Shown here one piece after another: positions 1 through 12,960 of a stretch of 64,000 nt of DNA. The DNA comes from Octopus bimaculoides (lineage: Eukaryota), in contig NC_068982.1 of the NCBI RefSeq assembly GCF_001194135.2, positions 40,797,975 through 40,861,974 on the forward strand, read 5' to 3'. The translations under genes were made by a program, and so were the position numbers. Every line of letters starts with the position of its first letter. The first letter of the stretch is position 1. The notes beneath the pieces are model-generated. The model made no database searches and was not told the origin of the DNA. It worked only from the letters and a program-made list of their open reading frames with translations.

Positions 1-149
1 GACTTCACACAACCGACAACACTCCTCCTCAGAATTAGCGGCCTTGTGCTATCGAAGATTTCAGGAATTCAACAATTTATGATAGGCTTATTCAGTTTAT
101 TTAGTCAATTTCTAACACTGTCATTTTCCACACTGTTCCCCTTTTACGA

Positions 150-560
150 AACACGGTATTCCATATTTCCACACATTTTTTTTATCAGTCATTTTGCTTT
201 TAATTTTTTTCATCATATTACTTTACTCACTTATCTGTCAACTTCAGTCATTTCTGTACCAATGCAACCAATCAAAAGTGTCAGAATTTTCTTCATGTAT
301 CCATTTTTTATGCTTTTCAAAGGTTCCTTACACTATCTCATTTAATCTGAATTTTTTATGGGTTTTTTTCTTTTTGCGCGCGATGTTTTTTCTCTCACTG
401 ACAAGCAATATCTGTAATTAATACGTGCTTTGAAAGAATTATATTCTATAATTAAATCTGGTCTTCCAGCGGTAGTGAGTTTGTTAATATCTTAGTTAAA
501 AATCCCATCTATTCTTTGTTTTTTCTTTAATCCTCAGCACTGGTCGATTAAAACTGCTGA
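150..560 (-). mobile_element. Degenerate Penelope-like linker/GIY-YIG remnant
   Basis: Minus-strand fragments KILTNSLPLEDQ, CQ*EKKH and FRLNE resemble the PLE linker and GIY-YIG motifs; many stops and frameshifts. Confidence 0.35.
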
Positions 561-605
561 CACCTCTCGCTTATAATGTCTTCTTAATATTCTGGATGAT
601 ATAGG

Positions 606-807
606 TTTCAAATTTTGGACCAAGGTCAACAATTTGTGGGGTGGGGGTTAAGTCGATTATATCGACCCCAGTACTTATCTGGTGTTTATTTTATCGACCT
701 TGAAAGGCAAAATTGGCCTTGGTGGAATTTGAACTCAGAACGTAAAGACGGACGAAATGCCGTTAAGTATTTCTCCAGGCGTGCTAACAATTCTGCCAGC
801 TCACCTT
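606..807 (-). mobile_element. tRNA-derived SINE, family A (head ggcgagctggcagaa, Nin-like body)
   Basis: B box gagttcaaattcc on the minus strand, shared body with other copies in the window, 10-bp TSD atattctgga (587-596 / 811-820). Confidence 0.9.
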
Positions 808-984
808 CTTATATTCTGGAATAATAGTGAAACTCCGTTTTTACCTTCAGAAGACTAAAGAGACCCCCAATAGGGAATTATTAGACATTGTTGCTATGGG
901 GGTGGCATAAATTAATCCAACGGCCTTCAGCAATGAGTAGTACTAACAGGGGTAATATTTTTCATTGTAGTCGGGACTACCCTA

Positions 985-1300
985 CATATGATATGTAGAG
1001 ACTTTGATAAGTCTCAGCCAGAATTGGCCCAGGCCATGACTAACTTAAGAGCACCACCTGGAATAGACAGAATAACTCATTCGAATAAAGAGTTATTGTT
1101 TGCTAAGACATATCCGGATGTACGTGGTTTATCTGGAATTTGTTGGAAGTATTCGTTCAGGAACCGTTTGAACATTATATCTTCTTCTTCCCTGATGTGT
1201 TTCGGCATGATGTTAAAGACAGCTGGGCCAGTTGATGTGAAATAGCTCTACCTTAGTATTGTGATGTGATACGACCATGATTTCTGTAGAGGACATCATT
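985..1300 (-). mobile_element. 3' end of a CR1/L2-like LINE ORF2
   Basis: Minus strand reads SYFTSTGPAVFNIMPKHIREEDIMFKRFLNEYFQQIPDKPRTSGYVLANNNSLFE*, matching the motif SF..GP.LFN.LP..IR..FK..LD.YL..IPD.P. Confidence 0.7.
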
Positions 1301-1700
1301 TTTACCTCAAACGGCTGTCATAACTTTTAGCAAAGTCATCTATAACAAGTATTTTACACACAAACAGAAAATGATGGATTGTTTCGTCGTCTTTCTTATA
1401 TAGTCTGCACATGTTTGACATGCCTTCCTTCATGTTTAAATTCGTACAAAGCCGTCGTTTTTTCTACAGCATAATGATGCAACAGATTTCCTAAGAATCC
1501 ATGTGCCAGCTAAGCCATTGATGACGTTTTTTTGCTGTTTTTTTTTCTCTTCTGAGAATTTCTATTTGCCTAAGGTTTTCTCGTAAATATCAACCGACAG
1601 AAATTTAAACTGAACATCAACTGCATTGACATCTCCTACCTGTGAAGGCTTGTAAACAATATGGCCGACGTTTCTGCTCTTCCTGCTGACTAGCTTCGCT
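1300..1700 (-). mobile_element. Degenerate Dong/R4-like LINE fragment (zinc-knuckle region)
   Basis: CRLYKKDDETIHHFLFVCKIL resembles the CRxC..ETIxHI..C knuckle of RLE-type LINEs. Confidence 0.5.
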
Positions 1701-2234
1701 CTTTAAATCGCTTATGATTTATTTCTTCTGAACACTTTTGTGGTTTCTTTTCTAGCTTCTATCAATTATTTTTCTTCCAGTAAAATTAACTCTGTATTCA
1801 TTTAGTCTGAATATTTTAGAATATATTCTTTGTTCTTGTTTTTTTTTTCTACTAATTTATTTTGGGCTTTGTAATCCTAGAGATACGAAGTAGATCTGAC
1901 ACGTAAAAGATTGTCAGTTATTCAGCTTTGGGGCATAACAATCATACTTTGTCCATCAGAATGCTTTTATATCTATAGAAATATGGAATTAATTATCCGA
2001 TGCTGTCTATTCGACAATACATGTATAAAAGGAATGACATAATACGAGATAGCATAAGAATGACGGATTTCTCTAATGTGTGTGTGTTTTGTATATACAT
2101 ATATATGGGGTCTAAATATCCATGAGTCAAAAAACAACTGGTGCTCATATATTGGTTGATAGAGTAGGTGTATTATTTAAGAAAATACAATGAAAGTCTG
2201 TCTGTTGACAGACTTATGTGATCTCTCTCTAGGA

Positions 2235-2380
2235 AAGGCATGGGCAGCCTTTTTCAAGAAGTGGATTGTATGAGATATTGCTCATCACCAGGCAGGCAAC
2301 ATTACTAAAACATTTCAAAGCAATTTTTCGTTAGGCATGCCATTGAGAAAGTCCCGCGGGCCGCAGATAGCCCGTGACTG
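2235..2380. mobile_element. hAT (Charlie-like) MITE, 146 bp
   Basis: Perfect 8-bp TSD ctctagga (2227-2234 / 2381-2388); TIR-like ends aaggcatgggc / gcccgtgactg. Confidence 0.8.
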
Positions 2381-4257
2381 CTCTAGGAGTTATTGCTCTA
2401 AAAATATTTTATAGAAAGTTTAAACACTAATTCTGGAATATATAATAAGAAATTAATTAATGTATTGTTACGCGTGTTGCATATGTCTATTTCTTTCATT
2501 CTGATCTCTTCTTCATCAACATGAATTTCATGTTTCTGATGCCGAGCAATGAAAACACTATCTGCATCAACCATTTTACCGCTCTTGGATAGCCTGATAA
2601 AGTTATAGGCAGAACTGAATCTCCAGACCGACCCTTAACAAAAAAAGAAAAAGACATTTTCATCGTTTATTTCATTAACATTTTACTGCTAGTTTTAACA
2701 GTGATCTTCCTTGATATCTCTTATTTAGTTCTCATCTATTTACTCCTGTTCACACTGTTCTCGCTTCTGTTCCCCATGTATACATCTTTCATGCCCTTAA
2801 TATATTTCAGCTTTCATCAGCCATCTTTCATCACTGATTCGTCTGCTTAGCAGGTGACGATAATATTCTCTACTGAATTGCTTCCAGTAACATAACATTT
2901 TTTGCAAAACTACATCCATCGCAACCTTTCCTAAATTATTTTTCGTATGCACTGCAAATTATAAATTTTGCAAGAAATTTTGAAAAGTTTTTTTTTCCAG
3001 TTTTACGATTTTTCTTTCGTTTATATTTTACATTCAGCAGAATATATATGCATTTACCAACTACAGCTTACTTCATGCCTGTCTGACTACTAACCCGTAG
3101 CTATTTCGATCAACATGTACCTAACCAAACATTTCAGTGTAGAATGGAATGTCTAGTATAAGTTTCAATCATTTGTGAACGTATTCCCATTGAAACATAC
3201 AGCCCAATATTTCAGGTATTTCATAACATATTCAAGATTTAGGATTAAAATAACAAATTCTACCATTATCAAGTTGGTGTTCGAAGTAGTTCAATAAAGG
3301 GTCCGTACATATAACAGAAAATTTAAATTTAAATATAGACAATTTAAAAGATAAAGCTTTGCATGGAAACAGGCGTTCACGGGCAGATTGCTATCGAAGG
3401 TGTTAAGAAAGTGATTAGCCGGTGTTCTTTTCTTAATTGGAGCTTTCTGACTTCGGAAGCGGGATATTCCAACCCAAATCCGTCAACTGAGCATGTCGTG
3501 TGAGTAAAACTTCCTCCCTACATTGCAAGACTTGATTGGTTTCTGAAGAGAGATTAAATCTTTAACTTCTGTTAATAATTTTGGATATTATCAATAGCTG
3601 ATGTTCGTTTTCTTGTAGTCTCTTAAAATTTCCATAATCTCTTAGTTATTCTGCCTCGTCAAAGCAATACTCTTAGCTAAGAACTCTACTGACTTAACTA
3701 CGTCTACCCTCAAATCCCTTAACTATTTGGTGGTAGCTTTCACTGCACCGTACAGATCACTTCTACTTTAAGTAACAAAGGACCTCGTTCTTTCTTTCTC
3801 TTTTTAGCTTCCATTGTTATTTTCTCAAGTATTATGTTTCTTGTACGCTAATTAATTTAACTTGCTCTTACGATTAATTTGTAATATTTTAAGATTAAAT
3901 AATTCAGTCTTTAGTTATTCTAATTCTTTATACAATAGCTTCCACCTATTCTATTCATACATCGATTTGTTCTTACTAGAATAAACCTGACTAGTTAACG
4001 AAGGACATGAAAAAATTGATAACATTTTATTATATTACCAAAGCAGTAACACAAACGAATAAAAAGAAAATCTGGTTTCTGCGACACGTCAATGCTCACA
4101 AGCCACTTGCACCATTATCATCATTACCACTAATCAGTGAGCTGGGGAAACTCCCTACTAACGAGGGAACGTTTATGCAGCCGTTCGATCTACTAGAAAT
4201 AGCAACCAAATCTCGTCCAAATTGCATGCACCTGTCATTATAAAAATAAAGTAGTCC

Positions 4258-4495
4258 GAGATTCTTTTTAAGTGTTTTGCCGGATATTATTGGAGGTTTA
4301 AGCAAGGAGTTATTAATGAAACGTTCCCATGGGCATCCTAACATGGATATACACGGGTCGGACGTCCAGCACCTTTCATTGACCAATTCTATGCGCACTT
4401 GGGTATGTTGCCCTACTAATCTCTCGAACGTTACAATGCTATGAGTCTGTGTGGTTGAGTCTGGTAAATTCAAACAAACTCAATCAGATGAGTTC
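4258..4495 (+). mobile_element. RTE-clade LINE 3' fragment, apparently nested in another interspersed repeat (about 4165-4257 and 4497-4612)
   Basis: FAGYYWRFKQGVINETFPWAS*HGYTRVGRPAPFIDQF matches the RTE C-terminus (RFAGH.WR...W...HG....GRPA..YIDQL). The right flank resembles repeat copies near 32710, 43320 and 47930; the left-flank assignment rests on recall of that family. Confidence 0.7.
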
Positions 4496-4836
4496 CATAC
4501 TATGTCTGTATGTCTGCAGTGGGGAGGAGGGAGACCGGAACGGTCACGGTTTGAATGACTTTGGTCAGACGTTTGGCTGCTCAATCAGCACTGATCTATG
4601 ACTAGACAACAAAATAGACAATCATAAGAATATTAACACCAATAACAATCATTCATTTACTATTGCTATAACAATGAAAATGACGCAAAATAGTTCTTCG
4701 TTTGGTAAACAACTTGTTATACAATCAAAAGTAATTTGACTCGTTATTAACCATACAAGATTTTTTTAAAACTTCGTGAGATATAAAATAAATTGTTTTT
4801 GACGGTAGAACCCCAAATAAATAAAGCTATAATAGC

Positions 4837-4991
4837 ATGCAAAATATTGGGTTTAAAAACTACTTGGATAGAAAAGAGAAATCGAAGGTTGCCTGCAGAA
4901 CTCGAACCCTCATTTTCAGTGAACATGATAGATGCACTACTTGGAAATTTTGCCATCTATGTCAGAAGCTTTGCTTTTACGAGCGAGAAAG
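4837..4991 (+). CDS. Candidate ATG-initiated first coding exon, phase-compatible with the GARNL3 exon
   Basis: ATG at 4837 is open to the strong donor AAG|gtatgt at 4991/4992. 155 nt gives phase 2, as required. No homology, and a dispersed repeat starts just downstream. Confidence 0.15.
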
Positions 4992-5021
4992 GTATGTTGT
5001 TTACATCATTAGCATTTTATG

Positions 5022-5230
5022 ATAGGAACAAAGTTTCTAAAATGGATAAAAAGAAACTTGGAGTTTTGCTTTGATATAATAGTAGCACATCTGTCAAGTT
5101 CACAGGAGATATGAGTTCGAATCTCACGGATAGTATTCGAATTTTTACCTCCAATAGCTTTTTGGATTTTTTTTTAACCCGATATTCTACATACTATTAT
5201 TTTTAGCTTTATTTACTTCAAGTAACACTG

Positions 5231-5231
<1 letters not shown>
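5022..5231 (+). pseudogene. tRNA-Thr-derived pseudogene inside a dispersed repeat with conserved flanks
   Basis: ctgt-caagttc-acaggagat..gagttcgaatct resembles the tRNA-Thr(AGT) anticodon arm, variable loop and B box. Flanks are homologous to 55240-55455. Confidence 0.6.
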
Positions 5232-5278
<47 letters not shown>

Positions 5279-5496
5279 CCAAACAATTTATTCCATGATA
5301 GAATCGATCCCAGTTTTTTTACATCCATGAGAGGGCTGTTAAAATAATGTACCAATCATGAACTGGAGTTGATGTTATCGACTATACTCTTCTCCAAAAT
5401 GAGTGCTTTGTGTTAATGTTATTAAATCATTAATAGCCGAACTATTAATCAAAGGGTTTGTAGATTAGAAGAAAGAAAACGCTCTCTGTATATGAT

Positions 5497-5900
5497 GCAG
5501 GTATAGCTGAGTGGTTAAGAAGTTAGTTTCATAACCATATGGTTCCAGGTTCGATCCATTTGTTTGGTAACTTGGGTAGGTGTCTTTCTACTAAACTGCA
5601 GATTGGCCAACGTTTCGTGCGGTAAATTTGGTAGCAGACGTAATCGTACGAAAACCTGTCCGTATATATACAAGTGAGTTTATGTATACATATGTGTATG
5701 TATTTATGTATGTACGTGTGTGTTTGTGTACCGGTGTGAATCGGCACAGCATCTTTTTATGAAAAGCAGTAAGTTAGCCATTCGATAAATGGAGATCGAT
5801 AAAATATGAATAAGACAAATAATGTCTGAGGCCGATATTATCGATATTAAAAGCCTTGAAGGTGGTGCCCCCAGTCCAACGACTGAAACCAATTAAAGAA
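5497..5900 (+). mobile_element. Degenerate family B SINE (tRNA head, CORE-like segment, central microsatellite, gactgaaac tail)
   Basis: A box tagctgagtgg, B box ggttcgatcc, tail similar to better copies at 26031 and 30781. Confidence 0.7.
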
Positions 5901-6223
5901 TATGTGATCAGAATTTGACTGGATTTTTTTTTTTTTTTTTTTTTTGGTACAACCAATTATTAAAGCTATTAATAACTAGCATAGATGTTACTGCAATAAA
6001 ACTGTGAATAAGAGGGTATTTCAATAACATCTAGTGTTTCGTGCATACAAATAACTTGAAACCGTAAAGACAGAGAAAAAAACGGAAAACAAAACTATAA
6101 AAATCAACAACTTTACAGTTTTGTGATCATTAGTAATAATTACAATAATTATATTTTGTAATCATTAGTAATCATTAATTAAAATTAAAACGAAATTGGA
6201 CACTTCCTAGCATCAGTAGTCTC

Positions 6224-6690
6224 NNNNNNNNNNNNNNNNNNNNNNNNNNNNNNNNNNNNNNNNNNNNNNNNNNNNNNNNNNNNNNNNNNNNNNNNNNNNN
6301 NNNNNNNNNNNNNNNNNNNNNNNNNNNNNNNNNNNNNNNNNNNNNNNNNNNNNNNNNNNNNNNNNNNNNNNNNNNNNNNNNNNNNNNNNNNNNNNNNNNN
6401 NNNNNNNNNNNNNNNNNNNNNNNNNNNNNNNNNNNNNNNNNNNNNNNNNNNNNNNNNNNNNNNNNNNNNNNNNNNNNNNNNNNNNNNNNNNNNNNNNNNN
6501 NNNNNNNNNNNNNNNNNNNNNNNNNNNNNNNNNNNNNNNNNNNNNNNNNNNNNNNNNNNNNNNNNNNNNNNNNNNNNNNNNNNNNNNNNNNNNNNNNNNN
6601 NNNNNNNNNNNNNNNNNNNNNNNNNNNNNNNNNNNNNNNNNNNNNNNNNNNNNNNNNNNNNNNNNNNNNNNNNNNNNNNNNNNNNNNNNN
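6224..6690. other. Assembly gap (one of more than 20 N-runs; most are bordered by microsatellites)
   Basis: Run of N; the X-rich ORFs in the track are artefacts of these gaps. Confidence 1.
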
Positions 6691-6736
6691 NTCTAACGAT
6701 AGTTGCGAATATTGTTTCTTAATAAAGGTAGGAATT

Positions 6737-7170
6737 AAGGCGGTGACCTGACAGGATCATTAGCATGCCGGAATGGTGCTTAGCGGCATTTCGTCCGTTT
6801 TTACGTTCTGAGTTCAAATTCCACCCAGGTCGACTTTGCCTTTCATCCTTCTGAGATCGATAAAATAAGTACCAATTGAGCACTGGGGTGGATGTAATCG
6901 ACTTATCCCCTCCCCCGAAATTGCTGGCATTGTGCCAAAATTTGAAACCAATAGGGGTATGAATTAAGGCGGCGAGCTGGCAAAAGAGCTAGCATGCCGG
7001 GGAAAATGCTTAGCGGCATTTCGTCCGTTTTTACGTTCTACGTTCTACGTTCAAATTCCGCAGAGGTCGACTCTGCTTTTCATCCTTCGGGGTCGATAAA
7101 ATACCGGAGTCAGGCTAATAGACTTAGCCCGTGTCACGAAATTGCTAGCCTTGTGCCAAAATTTGAAAGC
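6737..7170 (+). mobile_element. Two head-to-tail family A SINEs (6737-6950, 6966-7170)
   Basis: Two complete units; the first is flanked by aataaaggtaggaatt / ataggggtatgaatt. Confidence 0.9.
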
Positions 7171-7359
7171 AACGTCGGGTAAGAATTTACAATCGATAAA
7201 ACCGCTTTTATTTGTCGAACCCAGATGAGTGAAATACAAGGCGAACAACGGCGTAGCTTGAACTTATATAGTAAATAGACGTAACTGAATGTCACGGGTA
7301 CTTTGTGTACCACACTACTGATATTGCTATCAACTGTTTTGGTTATTATTATTTTTAGA

Positions 7360-7610
7360 CCCTTAAACGGCGGGAAAGGGTTACCGGAACGTGTGTGCCA
7401 AACGGGCAAAAACAAAAAATATCTCTTTTCCGTAAAGGTAATTTTTATACTTATTTTCACTTTAAATAAGTACAAAAACTATAACAATTCTTAATCTCTC
7501 GCACAAGAAAAATTGCGAAAATTCACGTAAGATATTCACTTTCCTTTCATAATAGCCGTAACCATGTAAAAATTTTGAAGCATTAATTGATGGTGTCCGC
7601 TGTTTAAGGG
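7360..7610. mobile_element. piggyBac-type MITE, about 250 bp
   Basis: TIR cccttaaacggcgg / ccgctgtttaaggg; TTAA on the right, degenerate TAGA on the left. Confidence 0.6.
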
Positions 7611-8935
7611 TTAACATACGTAAACTCTGGCATCATTTACAAATTCTAAAAAAATATAAAAAGTTGAAGTTCAATCAAACGGAATTTGAACTCAAAATAT
7701 ACAAAGATGTACCTAAATACAGGCTACCGAACCTGTCAATAATTTTATTGTTTTGGTATTACTCGCATTAACTTCACACCATCGTATCATCAACAATTTC
7801 AATATCATTACACCACACGACTATCATGTCCGCCATGCAAATTCATTCTTGTCCTTTATCCACCATATTTCTAGAAATGATCTCTTCTGTCTTCGTTCCA
7901 TATTTTTCATTGAATTAAGAAATTTTAAAATTGTTAATAGGATGCGTGGTAGCCTAAAATTTAAGCGTCATACGCCTAATTATCTTCTAATTGCTTAGCT
8001 TTAGAGCTTAGCGCCAGCCTTGTGTGGGTTTTGTCTTTAACGCCAACTCGTGGAATCAATGGATATGCTTCTATGTTATTAAATTTCCTCGACAAAGTAT
8101 ATTCTTCTCAAATGGTAAGACTTCTGATGTGACCGCGAAAATGCCCTCGATGTAGGCATGAATGTCACACACTCCACCTATATTCTCTCTTCCTAAAAAA
8201 AATTCATAATTCAGATCCACATATGAAATGACTACTACTACGACTACTACTACTGCTGCTAATGTGCTTCGTCAAAGACTGCAAAAGGTTCAATATTTAG
8301 TATTCATTTATTTTAAATCAAATTCTAACATCCACACAAACTCACTCTTCTCTCTCACTCTCCATTTCTGTTTTTCCCTCTCTCCCCCCTCTCTCTCTCT
8401 ATCTCTCTCTCTCTCTCTCACTCTCACTTTCGCACTGGGTTTTTTTTTTCACTTTGAAGGTTATCTCTGGTACGTTTTATAATTAAATTCCATACTATTT
8501 ATAATATAAATTAGTACCGGGATAAATATTAAAAGATCAATTCAATCGATCCAAATATTTCATTCAGCTNNNNNNNNNNNNNNNNNNNNNNNNNNNNNNN
8601 NNNNNNNNNNNNNNNNNNNNNNNNNNNNNNNNNNNNNNNNNNNNNNNNNNNNNNNNNNNNNNNNNNNNNNNNNNNNNNNNNNNNNNNNNNNNNNNNNNNN
8701 NNNNNNNNNNNNNNNNNNNNNNNNNNNNNNNNNNNNNNNNNNNNNNNNNNNNNNNNNNNNNNNNNNNNNNNNNNNNNNNNNNNNNNNNNNNNNNNNNNNN
8801 NNNNNNNNNNNNNNNNNNNNNNNNNNNNNNNNNNNNNNNNNNNNNNNNNNNNNNNNNNNNNNNNNNNNNNNNNNNNNNNNNNNNNNNNNNNNNNNNNNNN
8901 NNNNNNNNNNNNNNNNNNNNNNNNNNNNNNNNNNN

Positions 8936-8998
<63 letters not shown>

Positions 8999-9134
8999 GT
9001 ATGTATATCACACGTATGTATTTAATATATTATGTGTTACGTTTTATTACATTATAAGTATATTCACTCACAGTCACACGCATAAACATACATAACATTT
9101 CTGTTTCCCTAAATGCACAAACATACACGTGTGT

Positions 9135-9203
9135 GTATGCATTGAGATAGATAGATAGATAGATAGATAAGTAGGTAGGTAGGTAGGTAGGTAGGTAGGT
9201 AGG

Positions 9204-9258
<55 letters not shown>

Positions 9259-9320
9259 GTAGGTAGGTAGGTAAATAGGTAGGTAGGTAGATAGATAGAG
9301 AGAGAGAGAGAGAGAGATGC
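9135..9320. repeat. Compound (AGAT)n/(AGGT)n/(AG)n microsatellite
   Basis: Direct reading of the sequence. Confidence 0.95.
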
Positions 9321-9357
9321 ATGTGAGGGTATAATATATTTCTGTGCNNNNNNNNNN

Positions 9358-9400
<43 letters not shown>

Positions 9401-9889
9401 GGATAATGCTTTAACACTTTTTAAACTCAACTCTGGATATTGATTGCCAGGACATTGTCAGTAACAAAGAAGAAACCAAAAGAAAGTGTATGCATTTGTG
9501 TATGCCTGTGTGTGTATGTGTGTGCGTGCGTGCGTGCTTGTGTCTCTGTGTGCATTTATGTGCGTAGATACATGTATGTGTGCGTGCATATGAGTTTCTT
9601 AGGCATGGCGCCATTTCTTTTTTCTTTTCAAAATGGACATAAACTCGATAGAACTAACTCCAATATCTACCTCGAATGTCTCGTACAGCAGCCGAAATGT
9701 TGGATTGTAACCAATCGTTTTTACGCTAGTATCTTACTCATGATGGCCTAAAGATCAAAATTCTTTCCTCTGCGCTCATTGCAGTAATACTTTCACTTCT
9801 GTTTGCGAATCATTTAATTTGTTTTTGAAGCTTGTTATTTTATTTTATTTTATTTTTGGTATGTGAAAGGAACTTCAATAAACTCGTGG

Positions 9890-9955
9890 CCTGGTCTGGT
9901 CTGGTCTGGTCTGTTCTGGTATGGTATGGTGTAGTTTGGAATGGTATGGTATGGT
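9890..9955. repeat. Degenerate pentanucleotide array (TGGTC/TGGTA/TGGAA)
   Basis: About 13 tandem 5-mers. Confidence 0.85.
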
Positions 9956-10146
9956 GGGTTGAAAATAAATTTCTGAAACTATGACATGAGTGCAGACCGG
10001 GCCGTATGATTAAGAAGTTCACTTCGCAGTCACTTGGTTCCTAGTTCGATTCTCTTAGAAAATAAGTGCTTTCTACCAAAGACCTGGGTTGAACAAATTA
10101 GTGAACTTGGTAGGCAGAACTCGTAGATATATATATATATATGTAT

Positions 10147-10380
10147 ATCACGTGATTGGCCAGACTATCAGATGTTGTTACATATCGCTAGTCACAATGC
10201 ACTTTGCATTGTTTTAGTCATCAAATTGACGCCACTCCGCTGGCCAGGTGAGCAGACCAACATTCCCCCTTGATGGAAAGGAGACTGGAACAACGTGAAA
10301 TGAAGTGTTTTGCTCAAGAACACAACGCGCCGCCCGGTCTGGGAATCGAACCCACGATTTAGCGATCGTGAGTGCTAAAT
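10147..10380 (-). mobile_element. CORE-type tRNA SINE
   Basis: Minus-strand ggttcgattcc B box and the CORE-like gttgtgttcttgagcaaaacacttc; homologous to 50166-50476. Confidence 0.75.
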
Positions 10381-10926
10381 CGTACTCAATCAAGCGAATA
10401 TAAAATCAACTTTTATATTTTTCACACCTATCGAATCCAGTCAGTTCATGTTCTAATTTAAAAATCACACCAGACAGGTGAGTTCATTGTCATCGAAATT
10501 AGATGACTCATTCAAATGGTTAACTGAAATTTGTTTTATGTTGGCAGTACAGTTAAAATTAACCTAAAGCCTGTGTCCATTGAACAATTTCTTATGGTTA
10601 GTGAAGAATTGCTTTCCTATTAACTTTTAATTTATTTCATGTTAGTGGTGCAGCTAATACTATACTTAATGAAGAATTTCTTGTATTTATGTCTGGTAGG
10701 AAAGTTCCTGTCTTTTAACTATTTCTGTTGTGCCCAAAGCAGTTCACACGTTGAGTAAAGCAGGAGTACGAATCAGCCAAATCTGATGATAATGAACTGA
10801 ATAAACTTTAATGGGTTTGAAAGTATAAGTAACGTGAACTGACTGGATTCTATACTTGTAATATACGCATGTGTGTGTGTGTGTGTGTGTGTGTCTGTGT
10901 GTGTGTGTGTGTGTGTNNNNNNNNNN

Positions 10927-10968
<42 letters not shown>

Positions 10969-11089
10969 CTATGTATCTATGTATGCAAGTATGTATATCA
11001 TTGGGGGATGGCAGAATCAGGCCATCGAGCGAAAATACACCGTGGTATTTGTTTATGTCTCTTTACGTTCTTGCTATGTCTCTTTACGC

Positions 11090-11250
11090 CATGATCGACA
11101 TTTGCCTTTCCTCTCTGTTGATATCGATAAAATAAATATCTGAGAAAGTAAGGGATACGATGCCAACATAATTGAAGTAAAGTCTTCAAAGGCTGAACTC
11201 CAACGTGGCCGAAGTCCAATGGCTGAAACGAATGAACGAATAGAAGAATG
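11090..11250 (+). mobile_element. Degenerate family B SINE 3' tail
   Basis: aactccaacgtggccgaagtccaatggctgaaac matches the family B tail. Confidence 0.55.
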
Positions 11251-12851
11251 GGCAAAGGATTTAACAAAATATCATACTGCCGTGACGGGTGATATATCAA
11301 GATGGCGGCTGCGAAGACAACGTTAAATGTAGTGAAAAGCAGTAATTCAACTTAATGTAACAAGTGTTAAGAAGAAAAATCCAGTAACTTACAAAATGTC
11401 GATAGAGGAAAATGCTCAAACTACCACTTTTGACATATAAATATTGTGTCAATAGTAATGCAAATATTGTAGTGAGCCAAAAATGTGAATAATTTACTAA
11501 ACAATGTAATTGTATGTTCCAAAGTCAGATATGGAGAAGAAAAGGAAATGAAAGCAGACGATAAATCAAAACGTATCGGAAAGATTTCGTTGAATATTAA
11601 TTTCTGACCCTGGCATGTGGCCATGAATTTTTAGGGTAAAGAAGAAAGGGCAAAGTCTGTTGAATCGCTTCCATCACATGCCTGGAGTTTATTTTGCTGG
11701 TTCTTTTGGAATGAAAAGTGAGGTTAACCGCAGAGAAATATGCATTAAAAACAAAACCGAGGGAAGAAACTAAATATGTACAACGTAAGATAGTATCTGC
11801 CATTTTAGCGCCCTTAAAATTCAGTTGAACGCAATTAAACACTGATGTTTTTCTTTTAAAAAAAAAGAAAAAGAAAGAAATATTGGTTTTGTTTGATTTT
11901 TTTTGTTGCCGCATAAAAGTGAAATAAGATTTTGAGGGATACATTGCTTTTCCAAAGATATTTCTAGTGAAATGAAATAGTTTTAACTGGTAATAAAAAT
12001 TCCTAGGGTTTTACAACATGCTCGTTGGAGCTCAGCAATATTGTGCTAGAGAAACATATAGTCTGTAATGTTTTAAAAAATCTTAAAACAAGTGCTGAAA
12101 GGAAAAGATGACACCTTATTATTAGAAATCTTTAAGGGAAATGAAGAGGGCCAATAAATTATAAAGAAAGAAAAAATGAGAAACGATAACAGAGAAGGTA
12201 ATAAATTAGAGTTTGAAGAAACTAGAGATGGTTTGTGGTGTAAAGCTGGTGTCCCATAACATTAACGATGAGCTCCGGTGAAAAGGATAATTCATATGAT
12301 TATTAAAATAAAATCATTTCGTTGTACTGTGAGATACGAGTTTGAATGCTTCGATTGGGATTCTTCATAAACAGGAATCTTCACTGAAAGGAACCTTCTT
12401 GGAAGAAATATATTTATTCAAAGAAGGTACCTGTGCGGGAAGAAGAGGTCTCTCTTCGGAACATCAGAAATTGTTTCTCTTCTTCCATACGTACTTACTT
12501 TCTTACAAGATTTTATTTTCTTACGGGGCGGTAATACCTTACTACTTAATATTAATAAAATACATTAATATGAATTTTTTTTTTTTTTATGTGAAATTTA
12601 AATAATCTGATGAAGCGAGAAAAGGCAACAGGGATTATGGTTAACAACACGATACGAACATAAAATAAAACCCCTTATCAGAAATAGAGAGATATGAGGA
12701 AGTCAATAAAACACAAATCCACCTAAATTACTATGGAGAATATGTAACAAGTCCTGATGACCACTTTAATGTCAATAATGGTTGGTAAAGAGAAAATAAT
12801 TGAGGGATTACATAAAAAAAAAAGAAATGAAATCAACAAATAGGACGTATT

Positions 12852-12852
12852 A

Positions 12853-12944
<92 letters not shown>

Positions 12945-12960
12945 CAATAATAATGATAAT
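12852..12960. repeat. (AAT)n microsatellite
   Basis: More than 30 units; source of the poly-Leu ORF artefact. Confidence 0.95.

Noticed and set aside
4096-4473. 125-aa minus-strand ORF that looks protein-like
   Set aside because: It is the antisense of an RTE LINE fragment on the plus strand.
7221-7260. cagatgagtgaaatacaaggcgaac, a possible decayed hammerhead
   Set aside because: Both conserved boxes are mutated and stem II is incomplete.
12420-12510. Degenerate inverted repeat (ggaagaagag / ctcttcttcc)
   Set aside because: Only about 10 bp pair well; purine/pyrimidine bias can explain it.
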